A stretch of DNA of 64,000 nt, from sequence record MZ417521, one strand, 5' to 3'. Below are positions 57,304 through 64,000 of the stretch, one piece after another. The position numbers were made by a program, and so were the translations under genes. Below the pieces are notes generated by a model that saw nothing but the letters and a program-made list of their open reading frames with translations, was not told where the DNA came from and searched no databases. This DNA comes from Escherichia phage 132. The stretch's first letter is position 1, and each line of letters begins with the position of its first letter.

Positions 57304-57489
57304 TTAAAGCGTATTCACATAAGCTATTAATTCATTTTCTTTCTTATCAAACCGATCAGCAAATTCTTCCTGCTGTTCGGGAGATAACGGGCCGTATTCA
57401 TCATAAAAGGTGTTTGCTTCTGTATGCTCATCTAGAAGTTCATGGATAAGCTCAAATAATTTATCTTTTTGTTCTTTACTCAGACTCAT
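57304..57489 (-). CDS. small acidic hypothetical protein, 61 aa
   Basis: ATG ORF. Confidence 0.45.
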   Translation of the reverse strand: MSLSKEQKDKLFELIHELLDEHTEANTFYDEYGPLSPEQQEEFADRFDKKENELIAYVNTL

Positions 57490-57659
57490 ATATTAATTTC
57501 CAGGAGTTTTAAAATAATTCGCTTTTGCTTAAATATTTCCATAGTTAAATGACCAGTATCTTTTTGACCGATTCCAATGGCAAAACCTTTATTAACAGCG
57601 AGTTCAATTAAATTATCAAGCTCACGTAACACTTCGTATTGTAACTCAAAACTATTCAT
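57486..57659 (-). CDS. small hypothetical protein, 57 aa; below the ORF-track cutoff
   Basis: ATG at 57657-57659; stop forms an ATGA overlap with the next start; hand-translated. Confidence 0.3.
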   Translation of the reverse strand: MNSFELQYEVLRELDNLIELAVNKGFAIGIGQKDTGHLTMEIFKQKRIILKLLEINI

Positions 57660-57862
57660 TTTGGTTTACCTTCTTTAACGAAATCTGGATAAGGATAAAA
57701 TCCCGAATAAAATCCTTCACCTTTATGATTGATACATCCTTTATTAGAACAATAGCACCAATAATCGAAATCACAAGCCATTTCATCGTTGCATAAAGCA
57801 AAAACAACCGGCCACTTACACTTTTCACAATAGGCATTTTTAAGAATACTAGTTTGGCTCAT
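57656..57862 (-). CDS. small cysteine-rich protein, about 68 aa
   Basis: ATG at 57860-57862; 10 Cys including CEKCKW and CYCSNKGC. Confidence 0.4.
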   Translation of the reverse strand: MSQTSILKNAYCEKCKWPVVFALCNDEMACDFDYWCYCSNKGCINHKGEGFYSGFYPYPDFVKEGKPK

Positions 57863-58071
57863 AACCATGTCACCTTCAAGCAATATTCTTCTACATGCTG
57901 TTTACGACCTTTCTTATCAATAAAGGTATATTCAACGAATGTTCCAATGTAGTCTTTATCTACATCATGTAGGCTATTAATTGGGCATTTAGTACGGCAA
58001 ATGCGTTCCCATTGACGAATAATTTCTGCTTTGTTTTTAGGATCAAACGGATGCGGGTAATGCACTTTCAT
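57859..58071 (-). CDS. small hypothetical protein, 70 aa
   Basis: ATG ORF. Confidence 0.45.
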   Translation of the reverse strand: MKVHYPHPFDPKNKAEIIRQWERICRTKCPINSLHDVDKDYIGTFVEYTFIDKKGRKQHVEEYCLKVTWL

Positions 58072-58522
58072 AATCCACCACTATTAAATCAATATCAGGA
58101 GTAAACATGTCGATTAATTTAGAAACCTTATCCCAATCACCGCCAGCAATACCACAACCTATGCGTGGAATGTAAATTACTGGTTTAAACAAAAGGGTTT
58201 CTGCCTGTAGATTTAATTCTATCATGCAGTTTACTAAAGCACCATAATCAAGATTAGGACCTGGTTCGTATTGCGTATACAGGTTATAGCATATACCAAA
58301 ACCATTAGGTTTATGTTTAAAAACAATAGACATATCGCCTAATTTATCACGCGAACCATATTCAGTTGTGGTCTTATCTATTTCTAAAATTTTGGGATAG
58401 GCTCTTGCTAATTGACCCGCTACACCTGAACCCATAGTATGAAAACAGTTACACCCATGCGCAATAATATTACCTTGAAGAAATAGGGCGACAATATCGC
58501 CCTTGATATATTTTACAATCAT
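58043..58522 (-). CDS. macro-domain protein (ADP-ribose binding/processing fold), 159 aa
   Basis: macro-domain-like motifs: N-terminal GDIV...AHGCNC...GSGVAGQ and C-terminal IPRIGCGIAGGDW. Confidence 0.55.
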   Translation of the reverse strand: MIVKYIKGDIVALFLQGNIIAHGCNCFHTMGSGVAGQLARAYPKILEIDKTTTEYGSRDKLGDMSIVFKHKPNGFGICYNLYTQYEPGPNLDYGALVNCMIELNLQAETLLFKPVIYIPRIGCGIAGGDWDKVSKLIDMFTPDIDLIVVDYESALPASV

Positions 58523-58866
58523 CTAGTACTCAATCCTCGATTATAAGAATCTACCAAACGGTCAACCATTGAATGACAAGCGGCTTTATCTTTCTCCTCC
58601 GCAACTGAACATTCTAAGGTATTCCACTTTTTAGCATATCGTTTTAATAATGTATCGTTTTTGTATCTGCTTGATTTATCTCTTTCTCCGTCTTTATATG
58701 CATATATTAATTTCTGTGCAAATTCAGCTTGGCATGCTTTATTTTTCCCACAATAATCTGCCGCAGTGCGGTTTACATATTCTCTAATTTCAGTATATGA
58801 TGTATCTGCTGACGCAGAAGCAGAAAATGAAATTAATCCTATACATAAAACCAAAATTTTAGTCAT
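58519..58866 (-). CDS. secreted cysteine-containing protein, 115 aa (vs position)
   Basis: cleavable signal peptide (MTKILVLCIGLISFSASASA); four Cys in mature part. Confidence 0.5.
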   Translation of the reverse strand: MTKILVLCIGLISFSASASADTSYTEIREYVNRTAADYCGKNKACQAEFAQKLIYAYKDGERDKSSRYKNDTLLKRYAKKWNTLECSVAEEKDKAACHSMVDRLVDSYNRGLSTR

Positions 58867-59404
58867 TTACTATTTCCAAAAGTTTATTATTTTTAAGGTA
58901 ATTAGCCTTTTCTAGGACTTCAGAAGCATATTTAGAACCTGCTTTAACATTCCATCCCGAATTATAAGAGGATATTGCTTTTCTTATATCGCCCTTATGT
59001 ATATTTAACCAATAAGAAAGTTCAATGTACGCCCAGGAAGCTGAATTGGACCGTTTATTCAACATTCTTTTTATTTCAGCATCAGTCATATTATAACCAA
59101 GTTCCTTAACTCTTGCTCGCATAGTAGGCAAATAATTTTGGAACATTCCATAAGCGTGATGCTTTGGTTTAGATTTTAAATTAACTCCGCCAGAGCTTTC
59201 TTGCCATAAAATGGCTGCCATTATATGACCCAATCCACTCTTGTGGATATTTTTGTGTGTTTTATATTTTCCATCCTTAGAAAATTGTTCCCCGAATTGA
59301 TACGCGTAACGCATGTTATCGAGTTGGACATTACTGAAAGTATGCTCGGAGCTATGTGCCATCATTGAAATGGCCAATAGACCAGCGAGTAGTGCTTTTC
59401 TCAT
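58859..59404 (-). CDS. secreted soluble lytic transglycosylase-like protein, 181 aa
   Basis: signal peptide; SLT-family motifs (ILWQESSGG, GMFQ, YNSG). Confidence 0.65.
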   Translation of the reverse strand: MRKALLAGLLAISMMAHSSEHTFSNVQLDNMRYAYQFGEQFSKDGKYKTHKNIHKSGLGHIMAAILWQESSGGVNLKSKPKHHAYGMFQNYLPTMRARVKELGYNMTDAEIKRMLNKRSNSASWAYIELSYWLNIHKGDIRKAISSYNSGWNVKAGSKYASEVLEKANYLKNNKLLEIVND

Positions 59405-59411
59405 GCTTACC

Positions 59412-59873
59412 TCATTGAGTTTTAATTACTGCTTTAGAAGCCTTTCCTGGTAAACGACGACTGTTGATAATTGCCATCCTGCATTGAAGTGACGGGTTTT
59501 TGAACTTCTCATTAGGCTTACAAACTGTAAATCCAAGCCAAAGATTTCCATCTGTGATTTCTAAACGCCCAGGACGATATTCAACACCATCAATAAAATC
59601 CTCGTCAATGTCAGGACGCGGAGGCATACTCAGGAATTCATTAACTTCTAAAACATGGTCTTTTATTTTATGGAATAATTCAAAAACATATGTCTCATCA
59701 ATCTCCCGTTGAATTGCGCGATCAAGAAGATGCTGAGAATATTTTAGATGAAACGATGAGACCCCTGCTGCTTTTGATGCCTCACGAATCTCATTGTTAA
59801 TTTGACGAAACTCCGACTCAAAGTGACGACGAAGCTTATTTCGACGGATAAAAACTTCTGTATTGATAGTCAT
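59412..59873 (-). CDS. regB: endoribonuclease RegB, 153 aa
   Basis: T4 RegB length and N-terminus; ATG preceded by AGGAG and an early promoter. Confidence 0.8.
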   Translation of the reverse strand: MTINTEVFIRRNKLRRHFESEFRQINNEIREASKAAGVSSFHLKYSQHLLDRAIQREIDETYVFELFHKIKDHVLEVNEFLSMPPRPDIDEDFIDGVEYRPGRLEITDGNLWLGFTVCKPNEKFKNPSLQCRMAIINSRRLPGKASKAVIKTQ

Positions 59874-59900
59874 GTTATTCTCCTCTTAACTGATAGAAAA

Positions 59901-59930
59901 ATTATACCACAGTCAAGAGGAAAAGTAAAC
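59901..59930 (-). promoter_or_regulatory. T4-type early promoter upstream of regB
   Basis: gtaaac 59925-59930, attata 59901-59906 on plus strand. Confidence 0.55.
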
Positions 59931-59932
59931 AG

Positions 59933-60211
59933 TTATTCTTTAAATCTAATCAATTTATTCATAGACTTTGAAACTTCTGCACGAACCTCATGCAGATTTT
60001 TGAGCTGTTCAAGACGCTGCGTATAGTAAGCAATTTCATCTTCTTCGAGACAGTCCTGTGAATCTTCTTTAAGATAACGTGCATAGTCCTGAAAAGCGTT
60101 ACGAACTACTTCCTGGAAATCATCAAGACTTTGAATTTTCTTAGGAGCAGCAGATACACGACGAGGGGCAGTATAATACTCATAACCAAACCCTGCGCTT
60201 AATTGAGCCAT
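59933..60211 (-). CDS. small hypothetical protein, about 92 aa
   Basis: track start is GTG; ATG at 60209-60211 preceded by GAGGA. Confidence 0.4.
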   Translation of the reverse strand: MAQLSAGFGYEYYTAPRRVSAAPKKIQSLDDFQEVVRNAFQDYARYLKEDSQDCLEEDEIAYYTQRLEQLKNLHEVRAEVSKSMNKLIRFKE

Positions 60212-60477
60212 TAGTATTTTTCCTCTGGTTGGAACACTGCACGACAAGCCCACATACTGGCTTCTTTGAGTTTCGCTTTAGCAATAGTTAACTGATCGAG
60301 GCTTTCAGCATAATTCTTCGCGAATTCACAGTCTTCGCAATTATCTAGTGCTTCCCAAAATTCATCATATAAAGCGTCAAAGATAAGTCCTAAACGAACT
60401 TCAGCGTCTTTAATAGCATTTACTTTACCGATTTTTTCGTCGGTATGTGGCTTATAACCTTTAATATCTTCAATCAT
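60211..60477 (-). CDS. small acidic protein, about 88 aa, at the relative position of T4 vs.4
   Basis: ATG at 60475-60477 with GAGGAAG 6 nt upstream; sequence not recognised. Confidence 0.4.
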   Translation of the reverse strand: MIEDIKGYKPHTDEKIGKVNAIKDAEVRLGLIFDALYDEFWEALDNCEDCEFAKNYAESLDQLTIAKAKLKEASMWACRAVFQPEEKY

Positions 60478-60691
60478 ATTTGACTTCCTCACCAGTGCAT
60501 AAATCATATTCAACTAAACGAATAGGTTCATGAATGCCATATCCTTGAACAGAAATTTCTGTAGTAGGATAAATTCCATTAATATCACCCATGTTCCATG
60601 CTTCGTTAAATTGCTGTTCGCCTGAATTACTAAACCATTCGGCGAAAGCATTTAGCACATCTTCAGAACCTTCAATAATTATCTTTGCCAT
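60470..60691 (-). CDS. small acidic hypothetical protein, 73 aa
   Basis: ATG ORF. Confidence 0.45.
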   Translation of the reverse strand: MAKIIIEGSEDVLNAFAEWFSNSGEQQFNEAWNMGDINGIYPTTEISVQGYGIHEPIRLVEYDLCTGEEVKYD

Positions 60692-61053
60692 TACAAACTC
60701 TCGGTAAAGGTACGAGCGATAACGTCGCGCTGCTGTTCCGGAGTCAGAGAGTTAAAGCGAACTGCATAACCGGATACACGGATGGTCAGCTGCGGATATT
60801 TTTCCGGATGCTTAACTGCATCTTCCAGAGTTTCACGACGCAGAACGTTAACGTTCAGGTGTTGACCACCTTCAATTTTAACTGTAGGCTGTGGCTCAAT
60901 TTCAATTTCACGGGCATGCAAACCATAGAAAATTTCTGGGTCTACAAAAGAGTCCTCTTTAAAGGTTTTAGAAACGATAATTCGTGCTTGAATACCATCT
61001 TCAAAATAAATAGTACCTTTATGTGTGCCTTCAAGAATTTGATATGCTTTCAT
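60691..61053 (-). CDS. autonomous glycyl radical cofactor (GrcA/YfiD-like), 120 aa
   Basis: C-terminal glycyl radical motif [25 protein letters not shown], as at the C-terminus of pyruvate formate-lyase and E. coli GrcA. Confidence 0.7.
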   Translation of the reverse strand: MKAYQILEGTHKGTIYFEDGIQARIIVSKTFKEDSFVDPEIFYGLHAREIEIEPQPTVKIEGGQHLNVNVLRRETLEDAVKHPEKYPQLTIRVSGYAVRFNSLTPEQQRDVIARTFTESL

Positions 61054-61060
61054 ATAAACC

Positions 61061-61441
61061 TCAATTAGAAAATAAATTTATCCAAGATTGTTCTTTAATT
61101 AAAAACGGCTCAGAATCATATGCCATTAAACTTTGGGTAATTAATCCTTTAAAAGGTCCATCAATAAATTCCATGGTAAAATATGGAATTTTATTCATTA
61201 ATCTTGCATTAGGAGCAGTGCACAAAACTCTGCATCCTTTGAATACGCCTTTTTGTAATTTGTATTGCTTAGGATAAAATTCGCTCAAGACGTTGTTATT
61301 TGCCAAAATTTCAAAATGATTCACCAATTTATTTTTAATAGTTTTTGGCGAAAAATAAAGATATTCGAAAAGTTGCGTATCTGTCATCATTGCATCCCAA
61401 TTACGAAAAACTGTGGACGAGTAATACCACCAATGCAACAT
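61061..61441 (-). CDS. hypothetical protein, up to 126 aa (start uncertain)
   Basis: ATG ORF overlapping the upstream gene by 55 nt; alternative ATG at 61388-61390. Confidence 0.4.
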   Translation of the reverse strand: MLHWWYYSSTVFRNWDAMMTDTQLFEYLYFSPKTIKNKLVNHFEILANNNVLSEFYPKQYKLQKGVFKGCRVLCTAPNARLMNKIPYFTMEFIDGPFKGLITQSLMAYDSEPFLIKEQSWINLFSN

Positions 61442-61926
61442 TTACTATTGCAGCAGTAATGTACAGTGTCAATATGGACACTATAAATTTTATCCATATC
61501 AGGAGCTTTAACAGGCTCATCAATTATATACAAAATTCGCGAAAGCAATAAACCCCTGAACTTGCTTCCTTTATTGCCAATAAAACTACGGACAGAATCA
61601 GTAAATAAGCGGAATCGAATATCATCGCTAGAATAACGAGAAAATTCTTTTTTAATGTGGCCTGCAGAAATTTTAGCATAAGCTGAAGTATTAGAAAGAA
61701 CAATAACTGTTCCACCGTCATACAGCCAATTAACAGCAAAATTAGTTACTGCGGTCGATTTACCTGATTGTCTGCCACCGTCTAAACGAAGTGTACAATA
61801 CTGCTTGAGTACGTCTTCAAATGGTGGGGCATAACCGTTCTTACAAATTTCTTCTACTCTAGCATCAGAATGGTGTGTAAAAGCATTCATCAGGGATAGA
61901 TAAGGACCAGTTAAAAATGTTCTCAT
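61387..61926 (-). CDS. P-loop NTPase-like protein, about 179 aa
   Basis: Walker A-like GGRQSGKST and Walker B-like ILYIIDEP; track start is GTG, ATG at 61924-61926 chosen. Confidence 0.4.
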   Translation of the reverse strand: MRTFLTGPYLSLMNAFTHHSDARVEEICKNGYAPPFEDVLKQYCTLRLDGGRQSGKSTAVTNFAVNWLYDGGTVIVLSNTSAYAKISAGHIKKEFSRYSSDDIRFRLFTDSVRSFIGNKGSKFRGLLLSRILYIIDEPVKAPDMDKIYSVHIDTVHYCCNSKCCIGGITRPQFFVIGMQ

Positions 61927-62006
61927 TTTATTCTCTCTAAGTTTGGGCCATTCCATGGCGCATGAATTGTCCATTTCTGTATTTACCACTCCAAGTAATT
62001 ATGAAT

Positions 62007-62036
62007 ATACTATCACAATTCTAGGAGAAAGTAAAC
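62007..62036 (-). promoter_or_regulatory. possible early promoter (weak -10 TAGTAT)
   Basis: gtaaac 62031-62036; -10 candidate 62007-62012. Confidence 0.3.
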
Positions 62037-62038
62037 TG

Positions 62039-62341
62039 TTATTTACCTTTAATTACTTTAGCTGCTTCGATAGCCGCTTGCTGAAGGTCATCCATAGACA
62101 TACCGAATTTAGAAGCAAAGTTATCAATTTTCTTTTCGACAGCATTCAAAGGCTTGGCCTGTTTACCTTCATTAGCGCCAGGAAGAGCGAGAATACGCTC
62201 TTTGTCAATATAAAGGCTTACAAGTTTCTTACGGTCTTTATCGGACAAATCGTGAAATGAATGAGCCTTTTTATTTATAGCGGCTTCTAATTTACCTGCA
62301 CTCACTCGCGCTTCAGTAATAAATTCTTGATATGTTTTCAT
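62039..62341 (-). CDS. ipII: internal protein II with capsid-targeting sequence, 100 aa
   Basis: N-terminus MKTYQEFITEA matches the T4 internal-protein capsid-targeting sequence; T4 IPII length. Confidence 0.65.
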   Translation of the reverse strand: MKTYQEFITEARVSAGKLEAAINKKAHSFHDLSDKDRKKLVSLYIDKERILALPGANEGKQAKPLNAVEKKIDNFASKFGMSMDDLQQAAIEAAKVIKGK

Positions 62342-62362
62342 ATGTTTCCTTTAAATGTAAAT

Positions 62363-62377
62363 AGGCCGTATAGGCCT
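62363..62377 (-). terminator. short GC hairpin (aggcc-GUAUA-ggccu) between ipIII and ipII
   Basis: aggccgtataggcct palindrome at 62363-62377. Confidence 0.3.
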
Positions 62378-62379
62378 TA

Positions 62380-62958
62380 TTAATTACCACGGGCTGCATT
62401 AGCAACGGCGTAAGCGTACTGAACATTAGCGTCTTTAAACGTACCTTTAGAGGTGTCTATTTCTGCCTTAAAGCCGCCTTTAGCCATAACATCGGCAAAT
62501 TCTTTACGGAAAGCCATTGCATCAAGACCTTTCCATGATGATTTATGCTTGGCAAATTCAAGACCAGCGTAGTTGACAGCTTTAGCCAATTTATTATCAA
62601 TGACCCATTTACCAGCTTTAGGCACAAACACCGGGCCTTTCTGTTTAGAGAATAGTTTTAAATTCCAGCGACGAAGGTCACCGTCGGCTTTAACAAAAGC
62701 TGCGTCTAAGTTACTAGCAACAACATCTTCAATATGAGCAAATTTAAGCCCATCAACTTCAATATTTAGATCGTTACGCCAGCGTAGTCCTTCCCAAGCG
62801 AAGGCTTTAAAATCAGAAGCTTTTGTGGCTAGATATCGTTCAAGTGGAGCAGTTTTAGGATCAAAGCCGTTTCCGCCACGATAATTCCACTCGTCCTTAT
62901 TAATGCCTTGGACTTTTCCTGCAAAGGCCTCGGCGATAAATTCTTTATATGTTTTCAT
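62380..62958 (-). CDS. ipIII: internal protein III with capsid-targeting sequence, 192 aa
   Basis: N-terminus MKTYKEFIAEA; size close to T4 IPIII. Confidence 0.65.
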   Translation of the reverse strand: MKTYKEFIAEAFAGKVQGINKDEWNYRGGNGFDPKTAPLERYLATKASDFKAFAWEGLRWRNDLNIEVDGLKFAHIEDVVASNLDAAFVKADGDLRRWNLKLFSKQKGPVFVPKAGKWVIDNKLAKAVNYAGLEFAKHKSSWKGLDAMAFRKEFADVMAKGGFKAEIDTSKGTFKDANVQYAYAVANAARGN

Positions 62959-63022
62959 TTTTTGTTTCCTTGTTTGTTTTGATAGAGTAATTATACCATA
63001 TTAATACTTAAGCGTAAACAAT

Positions 63023-63283
63023 TTAAGCTTTACCGCCAGAAATAATTCCGAAGTTGTTAAAATCGTATTCAATATCGTCAACATCTACTTTAGGACTTGC
63101 TACGACATAAGCAATTTCACTACGTTTTGCATAGGTGTTGATTTCTTTACCATCGCCACCTAAGAAAGAATACCCATTACGTTTTAATGAGCCAAAGTCT
63201 TCCGCATCACCAATGAAAGCTTTAACTTTAAATTTTGGACCTTTGGCATCTGCTTCAATGATAAATTCTTGGTACATTTTCAT
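63023..63283 (-). CDS. additional internal-protein-like protein with capsid-targeting sequence, 86 aa
   Basis: N-terminus MKMYQEFIIEA; third member of the tandem IP cluster. Confidence 0.55.
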   Translation of the reverse strand: MKMYQEFIIEADAKGPKFKVKAFIGDAEDFGSLKRNGYSFLGGDGKEINTYAKRSEIAYVVASPKVDVDDIEYDFNNFGIISGGKA

Positions 63284-63289
63284 TTTTCC

Positions 63290-63703
63290 TTAGTAAATTG
63301 ATTTACCATAGTATTTGTACCAAGTCGGGCGCTGAGCAATTTTTTCATCTAAGCGAGCTTGACTTATCGCAATGGACGCTTCGGACGGGACATAATTATT
63401 ACGAAATTCGACAGGGATGTCGGAAATATCCTGGACAGTCGTGTCCTTGATTTTGAAACCACGTTTCAAGCATTCAGCGATTAGCTCGATTTGACGTAAA
63501 CGTAAAAATTCGAGTTTGTCGTAAAAGAATGTTACGTGACCTGTGCCTAAGATAAATGTTGGAGAGATTTTAAAATCCTTTACACGTTTACCGTTTTGAA
63601 CATGTTTACGGACTGCACCAAATACGCGTGGTAATTCACGATACTCAGCCATAAGATGTTGGTCGGTCAGTTCAGAAACAAGTGTTAAATTGATACGAGT
63701 CAT
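63290..63703 (-). CDS. denV: endonuclease V (pyrimidine dimer DNA glycosylase), 137 aa
   Basis: start set to ATG 63701-63703 (GGAGG 5 nt upstream); product matches recalled T4 EndoV ([34 protein letters not shown]...). Confidence 0.93.
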   Translation of the reverse strand: MTRINLTLVSELTDQHLMAEYRELPRVFGAVRKHVQNGKRVKDFKISPTFILGTGHVTFFYDKLEFLRLRQIELIAECLKRGFKIKDTTVQDISDIPVEFRNNYVPSEASIAISQARLDEKIAQRPTWYKYYGKSIY

Positions 63704-63730
63704 AATTTCCTCCAAGTAGTTGATGAATGT

Positions 63731-63760
63731 ATAGTATCAAAGTCCTTGGAGGAAGTAAAC
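63731..63760 (-). promoter_or_regulatory. T4-type early promoter (-10 TACTAT) upstream of denV
   Basis: gtaaac 63755-63760, atagta 63731-63736 on plus strand. Confidence 0.5.
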
Positions 63761-63761
63761 A

Positions 63762-64000
63762 CTATTTTTCTGAAGCGCCTGAGATATATTTTTCAAGACG
63801 TTGTTTCATTAGCGAGCCGTTCTTAGCGATTTCTTCTGGTTTATCGCACATACGCAACAAGGCTTCAAGCTTAACGATATCGCTGGTACGTTCAAATTTG
63901 CGAGTATCTATCTTACTAGCAAGTTCAGAAATACGTGCTAATAGACTTTCAGCTTCAACCAAAGCTGCACCTAGCTTAGTTGCAAATGTGTCAGTAGCTT
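63762..64000 (-). CDS. 3' portion of a gene whose start lies beyond the window end
   Basis: reading frame stays open to position 64000 with no in-frame ATG inside the window; track start is TTG. Confidence 0.35.
   Translation of the reverse strand, partial: ATDTFATKLGAALVEAESLLARISELASKIDTRKFERTSDIVKLEALLRMCDKPEEIAKNGSLMKQRLEKYISGASEK

Noticed and set aside
1-64000. tRNA genes, CRISPR arrays, integrase or transposase genes
   Set aside because: No cloverleaf-like candidates, direct-repeat arrays or recombinase motifs found; the largest non-coding gaps (about 330 bp at 54755-55084) hold promoters and small ORFs. The T4 tRNA cluster would lie beyond this window.

Overview
This window is the early/replication arm of a T4-like (T-even, Tequatrovirus-type) phage genome, running from rIIA through topoisomerase, dexA, dda, modA/modB, soc, gene 56, primase 61, helicase 41, uvsX, gene 42, DNA polymerase 43, regA, clamp loader 62/44, clamp 45, 46/47, alpha-gt, sigma factor 55, nrdH/nrdG/nrdD, endonuclease VII, nrdC, rI, tk, regB, internal proteins and denV. 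Identification rests on recalled T4 protein sequences (Dda, gp43, gp41, UvsX, gp62, gp44, RI, Soc, EndoV, alpha-gt match closely), conserved motifs and T4 gene order; no searches were run. The phage is not T4 itself: gene 39 is one uninterrupted 605-codon ORF, nrdD has no intron, a different glycosyltransferase sits at the beta-gt locus, and I see no dam or gene 69 between 56 and 61. All credible genes except one small ORF are on the minus strand, packed with frequent ATGA-type overlaps. The ORF track uses the longest ATG/GTG/TTG ORF, so I shortened several starts to an RBS-preceded ATG or to the T4 length. Intergenic regions carry T4 early promoters (GTTTAC-N18-TATAAT/TACTAT on the minus strand), one late promoter (TATAAATA upstream of soc), GC-rich tetraloop hairpin terminators, and a repeated promoter-leader cassette resembling PeS elements. 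The nrdC-to-rI and tk-to-denV accessory regions hold the most interesting content: a four-gene tandem paralog family, a nucleotidyltransferase-like protein beside an AAA+ ATPase, a macro-domain protein, a GrcA-like glycyl-radical protein, and two free-standing GIY-YIG endonucleases. No tRNA or CRISPR was recognised.
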